Below are positions 57,421-64,000 of a stretch of DNA of 64,000 nucleotides, one piece after another. The translations under genes and the position numbers were made by a program. Every line of letters begins with the position of its first letter. Position 1 is the stretch's first letter. The notes beneath the pieces are model-generated. The model saw only the letters and a list, made by a program, of their open reading frames with translations, was not told the DNA's origin and did no database searches. The stretch spans positions 26,785 to 90,784 of the forward strand of contig CAKTAG010000001.1 of the NCBI GenBank assembly GCA_934527325.1, read 5' to 3'. This stretch comes from an uncultured Candidatus Soleaferrea sp. Lineage in GTDB: Bacteria > Bacillota > Clostridia > Oscillospirales > Ruminococcaceae.

Positions 57421-58602
57421 TTGAGTGTATTGTTTTATCAAGGCCTTAAATTAAAGCGAACATGGATAGAAATAAATTTAGATAATTTAAAATTTAATTT
57501 TTTTAAAATAAAAAATGTAGTAGAGCCAAAATGTAAGGTAATGGGAATAGTTAAAGCCGATGCTTATGGTCATGGTGATAAAATTATTTCTGAACATCTT
57601 ATAGATTATGGAGTTGATTGGCTAGGTGTATCCAATATTGAAGAAGCGCTATCTTTAAGAAGAGGTGGTGTGAAAATTCCAATATTGGTTTTAGGTTATA
57701 CTCCGCCAAATTTGGCTAATGTATTGTTTCAGTATAACATAACACAAACAATTTTTAGTTTTGAATATGCAAATCAAATATCTCAACAAGCTTTAAAGCA
57801 GGGTGTTACTGTTCAAACTCATTTAAAAATAGATACTGGTATGAATAGAATTGGGTTTAAAACAGATGAGGAAAATTTTGATTTTAAAGAATTATTAAAA
57901 TTATACCAACTTCCATCTTTAATTTTTTCTGGAATATTTACTCATTTTGCTGTGGCTGATGGTGAAACACTAGAAGATGAAAAATATACTATTTGCCAAT
58001 ATGATTTATTTGTAAAAACTTGCAACTATTTAACTAAATATGGAATTGATGTGGGCCTACGGCATTGTTGTAATTCTGCAGCTACAATAAAATACCCTTA
58101 TATGCATCTTGATATGGTTAGACCTGGTATTGTGTTGTATGGACCGTATATTCCAGTTGATATGAGTTTGAAACCAGTTATGGTGTTAAAAACAAAAATA
58201 AGTATGGTAAAAAATTTAAATAAAGATGAAACAATTAGTTATGGAAGAAGGTTTAAAGCTAATAGCCCAATAAAAGTTGCTACTATATGCATAGGTTATG
58301 CAGATGGGTATAACCGTTTATTATCTAATGTTGGTTCGGTTGAAGTAAAAAATAAAACAGCAAAAATATTAGGAACTATATGTATGGATCAATCTATGAT
58401 AGATGTTACAAATATTCCTGATGTATGTGCTGGTAACGAAGTAACTGTTTGGGGCGATGAATGTTGTAACCTAAATAATATAGCTAAACTTATTGGAACT
58501 ATTCCGTATGAATTGTTATGTAATGTGAGCAAGCGTGTACCAAGGTTATATTTAAAAAATAATAAAGAATATGCTTTTGTAGATTATATAGCATCGATTT
58601 AA
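57421..58602 (+). CDS. alr: Alanine racemase
   Basis: PLP-Lys motif VKADAYGHG; TTG start. Confidence 0.92.
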   Translation: MSVLFYQGLKLKRTWIEINLDNLKFNFFKIKNVVEPKCKVMGIVKADAYGHGDKIISEHLIDYGVDWLGVSNIEEALSLRRGGVKIPILVLGYTPPNLANVLFQYNITQTIFSFEYANQISQQALKQGVTVQTHLKIDTGMNRIGFKTDEENFDFKELLKLYQLPSLIFSGIFTHFAVADGETLEDEKYTICQYDLFVKTCNYLTKYGIDVGLRHCCNSAATIKYPYMHLDMVRPGIVLYGPYIPVDMSLKPVMVLKTKISMVKNLNKDETISYGRRFKANSPIKVATICIGYADGYNRLLSNVGSVEVKNKTAKILGTICMDQSMIDVTNIPDVCAGNEVTVWGDECCNLNNIAKLIGTIPYELLCNVSKRVPRLYLKNNKEYAFVDYIASI

Positions 58603-58660
58603 ATTTTAATTTTTTACCAACAGCTTACTTTAAATAAAAACAAGGAGCAAAACAAAAAAT

Positions 58661-59746
58661 ATGAAAGTTAATTTAGGTATGTGGAATAATATTTTTTCTG
58701 TTCCAACAGATATAGTAGATGAACACCTTGCTACATGTGAAGGTATTCAGCTTAAAGTTTTGCTTTATTTGTTAAGGTACCCAGGTAAAAATATTGATGT
58801 GGAAGAAATTTCTAACAAATTATCTGTTAGCCGCGCTGCTGTTTATAAGGCAGTAGATTATTGGGTAAGCAATGGAATAGTTTTGGGCGATGTTGATAAC
58901 TCACAAATAAGTTATAGTATGCCTTGTTCTAATTTTGAATTGCAAACAATCAATAAAAATAATTTATATTCTGTAGAACAGGCAAGTAATAATATTACTA
59001 CTTATAAATCACCAGTTATTGAAAAGTTACAAGATTTAGAAAACGCTGCTAGGAATAAAAAAACTTTTAAACCTATAACAATTGCTCCAAGGCTTACTAT
59101 TAAAGAAGCTTTAGAAAGAATTAGCAACGATGAAAATTTAAAATTTCTTATAAAAGAAACCCCTAAAATATTAAAACGAAATATAACTTCTATAGATACT
59201 ATTATTATAGTATCATTTATTGATTGGACAGGTATATCTGTAGATTTAGTGTTAATGCTGATGAATTATTGTGCATTAATAAATAAACGCTCTGCCAAAA
59301 GTATTGAAAAAGAAGCCTATAATTGGGTTAACTATGGAATAGATACTCATGAAAAAGCGGAAAATTTTATTAGGGAAAACTTGGAGCTTATAAAAGTACA
59401 ACAAGATGTAATGTACGCTACCCATAAAAAGTTTTTAACCGAGCGAGAAAAGGCTTTTGTGAAAAAATGGGTTTTAGATTTTGGATTTGATATAAAAATG
59501 ATAAAATTAGCATATGAAAGAGCTCTTACTAGAAAAGGTGAAAAAGATTTTTCATATATAAATGGCATATTAACTTCTTGGTTTAAAAAAGGTATAACTA
59601 AACCAGAAGAAGTCGATGATGAAAATAACATTAAATCTGTTAAAGAAAATACAATTTTGCCTAAAAATAAAAGTGTTGGTATTTTTCAATTTAAAAGTTC
59701 CGATTCGTTTTCGGTAGATGATTTAAAAGCAAAAGTAGAAAATTAA
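58661..59746 (+). CDS. DnaD-domain replication initiation / membrane attachment protein (B. subtilis DnaB-like)
   Basis: An N-terminal winged-helix region and a C-terminal DnaD-like repeat (...YINGILTSWFKKGI), paired with a helicase-loader gene. Confidence 0.75.
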   Translation: MKVNLGMWNNIFSVPTDIVDEHLATCEGIQLKVLLYLLRYPGKNIDVEEISNKLSVSRAAVYKAVDYWVSNGIVLGDVDNSQISYSMPCSNFELQTINKNNLYSVEQASNNITTYKSPVIEKLQDLENAARNKKTFKPITIAPRLTIKEALERISNDENLKFLIKETPKILKRNITSIDTIIIVSFIDWTGISVDLVLMLMNYCALINKRSAKSIEKEAYNWVNYGIDTHEKAENFIRENLELIKVQQDVMYATHKKFLTEREKAFVKKWVLDFGFDIKMIKLAYERALTRKGEKDFSYINGILTSWFKKGITKPEEVDDENNIKSVKENTILPKNKSVGIFQFKSSDSFSVDDLKAKVEN

Positions 59747-59801
59747 AAAATAATTAAGTAATAAGTAAATGGTATATTATGTGAAGTGATGTGATTGTTA
59801 A

Positions 59802-60782
59802 ATGAGCTATAACCATCAAATGTATGAAAAAGCAGAAAAAATTATTGCTAAAAGAAGAAAAAGTTCTTTAACTAAATATGAACAAAAAAAAGAAGAAATA
59901 TATAAAAAAATACCTCAGGTTTTAAAAATAGATAACACAATATCTAAAACATCTGTAGAGGTTGCTAAAGAAGTTCTTACTGCTAGCAATAAAAATTTGA
60001 AAGAAATATTACAGGGGTTAATGCTTAAAAACACAACGTTGCAAGAAGAAAAAAAACTTTTATTAAAAAAATATGGGTACCCAGAAGATTATTTAGAAAT
60101 AAACTTTTATTGTGAAAAATGCCAAGATACTGGTTACACAAATAATGGAATTTGTGAATGTATGAAAAAATTGTTACGTGAACAAGCATACAACAAGCTT
60201 AACATGTGTGTTAATATTAGTAATTTTAAGTTTGCGAATTTTAATGTAGATTATTACCCGAATGATTATATTGTTTCGGAAAAAACTCAAAAAACACCAA
60301 GGCAAATAGCAAGTGAAAATTTAAAATATTGTGAAAATTATGCATATAATTTTTCTAATTGCTCTAATAGTATTTTAATGCAAGGTGGAACAGGTCTTGG
60401 AAAAACTCACCTTTCTTTGGCTATTGCTGGGAGCTGTGTGAATAATGAAGTTGGTGTGGTTTATGCTAGTGCTCAGCAGCTTTTACATAAATTAGAAAAT
60501 GATAAATTCGGAAAAACTCAAGAAGGGTTTCTAGATTCTGTTTTAGAATGTGATTTGCTTATTATTGATGATTTAGGTACAGAATTTTATACTCAATTTA
60601 CAATATCTGCCTTTTATGATATTATTAATACAAGATTGCTTGAAAATAGAGCAACAATAATTAATACAAATTTATCTGTTGAAGAGATTTTGGCGAAATA
60701 TTCACCAAGGGTTGCTTCTAGAATAATTGGTGAATACCATGTTTTAAGGTTTTACGGAAAAGATTATAGGTTAACAGTATGA
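59802..60782 (+). CDS. DnaI/DnaC-type helicase loader ATPase
   Basis: Zinc module CEKCQDTGY...C.C, Walker A GGTGLGKTH, and Walker B LLIIDDLG. Confidence 0.85.
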   Translation: MSYNHQMYEKAEKIIAKRRKSSLTKYEQKKEEIYKKIPQVLKIDNTISKTSVEVAKEVLTASNKNLKEILQGLMLKNTTLQEEKKLLLKKYGYPEDYLEINFYCEKCQDTGYTNNGICECMKKLLREQAYNKLNMCVNISNFKFANFNVDYYPNDYIVSEKTQKTPRQIASENLKYCENYAYNFSNCSNSILMQGGTGLGKTHLSLAIAGSCVNNEVGVVYASAQQLLHKLENDKFGKTQEGFLDSVLECDLLIIDDLGTEFYTQFTISAFYDIINTRLLENRATIINTNLSVEEILAKYSPRVASRIIGEYHVLRFYGKDYRLTV

Positions 60783-61546
60783 ATAATATTGTAAGAAAAG
60801 AACTTTTTGAATTAGAGGATAAAAATTACAAAATATTTGCAACAAAACTTTTACCTAATGTAGATAATTTAATAGGGGTTCGGTTGCCATATTTAAGAAA
60901 TATAGCAAAACGAATTGCTTTACAAGATTGGCAACAATACCTTGAGTACGCAGAAAGTAATTATTTTGAAGAAGTTATGTTACAGGGAATGGTAATAGGG
61001 TATGTAAAAACAGATATATGTGAACTATTGAAATATGTAAAAAAATTCATACCTAAAATAAATAATTGGTCTGTATGTGATTCATTTTGTTTTGGCTTAA
61101 AAATAACTGAAAAAAATTTAAATATTGTTTTTAATTTTTTAAAACCATATTTTTACTCTAGGCATGAGTTTGAAGTTAGATTTAGTGTTGTTATGTTGTT
61201 AAAATGGTTTAATAAACAAGAATATATTGAAAGTAATTTGAAAATTTTAAAAGCAATAACAAATAATGGGTATTATGCTAAAATGGCTGTTGCTTGGGCT
61301 ATTTCTGTTTTTTATATAACTTTTTCTGATATTATTTTATTATATTTAAAAAATAATAATATTAATGATTTTATATATAATGAATCAATAAAAAAAATTA
61401 AGGAGTCTACTAGGGTTTCTAATGAATTAAAAGATAAAATATACCAATTGAAAAAACAAAATAATATAGACGGAAATACTGCAAAACCAATGTGTGGCAA
61501 TTGTTTGCGAACTAAAAGAGATGACGAAAGAAAAAATATGGTATGA
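60779..61546 (+). CDS. DNA alkylation repair protein (AlkD-like HEAT-repeat family)
   Basis: Contains ...GVRLPYLRNIAKRIA...WSVCDSFC.... The last ~37 nt lie inside duplication copy 2. Confidence 0.75.
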   Translation: MNNIVRKELFELEDKNYKIFATKLLPNVDNLIGVRLPYLRNIAKRIALQDWQQYLEYAESNYFEEVMLQGMVIGYVKTDICELLKYVKKFIPKINNWSVCDSFCFGLKITEKNLNIVFNFLKPYFYSRHEFEVRFSVVMLLKWFNKQEYIESNLKILKAITNNGYYAKMAVAWAISVFYITFSDIILLYLKNNNINDFIYNESIKKIKESTRVSNELKDKIYQLKKQNNIDGNTAKPMCGNCLRTKRDDERKNMV

Positions 61547-61668
61547 TGCAGAAAAAAGTATTTATAAAAATATTGGTAGAACATGGTGGTAAATAACACA
61601 AAACTGGTTATTTGCCATTTATTTTATTATATGTTAAAAAAAAATAATACATTTTACACAAAAATATA

Positions 61669-61697
61669 TTGAAAACCCCTTAACTATATGCTATAAT
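61669..61697 (+). promoter_or_regulatory. Extended -10 promoter of LRR gene copy 2
   Basis: TTGAAA (61669-61674), a 17-nt spacer ending TGC, then TATAAT (61692-61697). Confidence 0.6.
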
Positions 61698-61794
61698 ATT
61701 GTTAATATAAATTACTTTAAGGCTAGCAGAGTAGTTGATGTAAAGCGCATATAGTGCAAGAAAAACTTTGATTTTATTGTTAAGGGGTAAAAAA

Positions 61795-62914
61795 ATGAAT
61801 AAGATAAAAAGAGTAAAAATAATTAACAAATTTGTAAAAATAACCCAATCGGGGGGGGGAAAAACAGAGTAAATTAAGTAACAGTTTTTTTAAACTGTTA
61901 TTTTTGGTTATTTTTTTAAATTTGCTTAGCTTTGCTAGCTTTGGTGCAACTTGTAAATTTGACAGTTCAACTGGTACCTTAACAGCTTCTGGTAAGGGAG
62001 AATTAAGTGTAGATGATGTAAATAGTGTTATTGTGCGAGATAAGTATGGTAAAAACACTACGGTAACAACAGTAGAAATAAAAAATGATATAACAAGTAT
62101 AGGTAATATAGCATTTAACAATTGTGAAGGATTAACAACGGTAATATTTGAAGAAAATTCTAATTTAAAAACTATAAATGTTGGTGCATTTAATAGTTGT
62201 ACAAATTTAAATAATATAATAATACCAGAAGGTGTAGAAAGTATAGGTAGTGGTGCATTTGATAATTGTACGTCATTAAGTAATATAATAATACCAAATA
62301 GTGTAACAAGTATAGGTAGTAAGGCATTTTACAATTGTACAAAATTAAATAATATAATAATACCAGAAGGTGTAACAAGTATAGGTAGTAAGGCATTTTA
62401 CAATTGTACAGAATTAAAGGATGTGTATTACTTAGGAACTAAAGTTAAGTGGGATGAGATAAGAAATAAAAGAAACAACAGTGACTTGGATAATGTAACA
62501 GTACATTATAGTAAAATGTTAACTGTAAATAAAGTTTGGGATGATAACAAAAATAGCAGTTTAAGAAGTAAGCCTCAATTGGTGTTGTATAGAGTATACA
62601 AAAATTGTTACAAAAATGGTGAAGATTACTACCACGGAAGTAATAATAAGATTAAATACGACAGTAGTAACGATTATGTTGTTGATAATTATAATGAAAC
62701 TTATACAGTATACAAAAAAATGGTTGCAGGTAAAACAGGTAAAAATGATGAGTATAAGCAAGGTGATTTTAGTGGTTGTTCAGGTGATGAATGGCAGTGT
62801 AAAATTTTAATCTATGACAATGAAGAGGGTGATATATGTGCAGTAAGTGAAGACCCGATGGAAGGTTACACATCTACTGCACCTACACCCCAATTAACAA
62901 CTGCACCTAATTAA
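61795..62914 (+). CDS. BspA-type LRR / CnaB-domain surface protein, frameshifted at a G9 tract (phase-variable, OFF as assembled)
   Basis: AAGGGG SD plus ATG 61795 reads MNKIKRVKIINKFVKITQSGGGKTE*. The main ORF 61904-62914 is in the +1 frame. It has near-identical 69-bp LRR units (NIIIPEGVTSIGSKAFYNCT) and the same C-terminal AVSEDPMEGYTSTAPTP. Confidence 0.75.
61851..61859 (+). repeat. Poly-G tract (G9)
   Basis: Counted directly: c61850, g61851-g61859, a61860. Confidence 0.95.
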
Positions 62915-63702
62915 CATTGGCAAACATAGTTTATAGTTAAATTTAAGTCACTCTTTAATGTGGTATGCTCTACCTTAAGTAGATAGGGTCAAATATCATA
63001 ATGGGTGGCTTTTATTTATAAAGTATATTATTTAATGTTGAATTTTAGAAAAATAAAAAATACATTTTTTCTCACTACGTAAAGTTGTTGCTTTTTGGTA
63101 ATTATTGCTATTGTAACTAATAAAAAAGTTGTATTTACTTTTTTTATTAAAGGTTGTATAATAAATATTGAAGTTAAAATTAGTTTTGTTTAAAAAGTTA
63201 TTTTTTAAAGTATATATAGCATACTCTTATTTTAATTTATAATATAGGTGAAAAAATAGCCTTCAATGGGTTTGTAATATCTTTTATTTTAAAATCTTTA
63301 AAGGCTACATTAATTGTTTATTAATTTTGAATTAAATTTTATTTATCAAACGGGGGCTACAAAAGCAAAGTATGTTGGCAAAAATATCAGGGGGTTTTTA
63401 GGTAGAACTGTTTATGTTTTTGAAACTAGGCTTTATAAAGTATTGTACAAAAAAGCTTAAATCAGTGATGCAAATGTAGCACAGAATATCTAAAAAAACT
63501 ATACCTACTGAATTTAGATAGATGTAAAAAAATTTGTATGGTACAAGCTGTGGTCATAGAAAATGGTATTCTCTGGCTTTAGCTATGAAAAGTGCAGATA
63601 ATTAAGAGTATATAGTTTGTAAAGTAATTTTGGTTTAATTGGTAAATATATTTAATTTCAATTATAAAGAATTTAATTGAGTTTTGTAAGGATGTGATTA
63701 AA

Positions 63703-64000
63703 ATGATGAAGTTTTATAAAACCATTAATTCCAAAATAGAATTAGTTAACCAAATAGAAGATGGCTGCTGGGTAAACGTTATTAACCCAACAGTTGATGA
63801 AATTAATTTTATTATTAAAACATTAAATATAGTGCCATCTTTTTTAAATGCTGCATTAGATGAAGAAGAATCTTCTAGAATAGAAAGTGAAGATGGCCAA
63901 ACTTTAATAATAGTTGATGCACCAATTGCTGAACAACAAACGGAAAATACTATTGTGTATTTAACCATGCCGGTAGGTATTATTATTGCAGATAAACATA
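63703..64000 (+). CDS. corA: CorA-family magnesium transporter (5' part; runs off the window)
   Basis: An open frame from ATG 63703: MMKFYKTINSKIELVNQIEDGCWVNVINPTVDEINFIIKTLNIVPSFLNAALDEEESSRIE.... This is a typical CorA N-domain. It is absent from the ORF track because there is no stop in the window. Confidence 0.8.
   Translation, partial: MMKFYKTINSKIELVNQIEDGCWVNVINPTVDEINFIIKTLNIVPSFLNAALDEEESSRIESEDGQTLIIVDAPIAEQQTENTIVYLTMPVGIIIADKH

Larger units (their letters stand above)
61510..63105 (+). repeat. Segmental duplication, copy 2
   Basis: See copy 1. This copy carries an extra ~150 bp (about 62921-63070) after the stop codon. Confidence 0.8.

Noticed and set aside
61780-62121. A 113-aa minus-strand ORF across the poly-G region of LRR copy 2, considered as an alternative explanation of the locus.
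   Set aside because: It has no SD or promoter context. The plus-strand promoter, SD, ATG, signal peptide and LRR architecture are all conserved in copy 1, whereas this ORF is not.
63340-63660. Possible M-box (ykoK) Mg2+ riboswitch upstream of corA, suggested by TTAGGTAGAAC and GCTTTAGCTATGA.
   Set aside because: The conserved blocks (GUUAGGUGAGGCUCC, AAUGGGUCAACAG, GCUAAAGCUCUACGA) are not recoverable in the right order or spacing. The two best partial matches are adjacent instead of about 70 nt apart.

Overview
This is a 64-kb stretch of an AT-rich, low-GC Firmicutes chromosome, most likely Clostridia because the SCIFF peptide and its radical-SAM maturase are present. No transposase, integrase, CRISPR array or rRNA is visible, and most of the window is housekeeping backbone. 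The backbone includes the distal spc/alpha ribosomal-protein operon (rpsN' to rplQ), nrdD, lepB-rbgA-rnhB-yraN, pyk, yajC, scfAB, a two-component pair and thrS. It continues with tepA, uppP, murC, secG, yloU-yloV-recG, coaX, a small EPS gene set, dac, alr, dnaD/dnaI-like genes, alkD-like and corA'. Twelve tRNA genes sit in four clusters, several behind near-consensus sigma-70 promoters. Three things stand out. (1) Two paralogous BspA-type LRR/CnaB surface-protein genes lie in a ~1.6-kb segmental duplication. In each, a G9 tract separates a good SD+ATG+basic leader from the main ORF, which looks like slipped-strand phase variation with both copies OFF. A conserved hairpin plus T-run follows each OFF-frame stop. 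(2) The rpsH-rplF and rpsK-rpsD junctions carry long inserts of 266 and 203 nt that share a 26-nt SD-containing 5' motif and can close a long-range helix. (3) A ~150-nt GC-rich structured island that I cannot classify lies downstream of rplQ. Smaller observations are a secreted repeat-protein family with a near-identical 5' module, a MinD-like ATPase paired with an MgsA-like protein lacking catalytic residues, a perfect 16-bp palindrome overlapping a promoter, and tandem organophosphate:Pi antiporter genes with an odd leader. All calls come from reading the sequence and the supplied ORF translations, and no database search or folding program was run.
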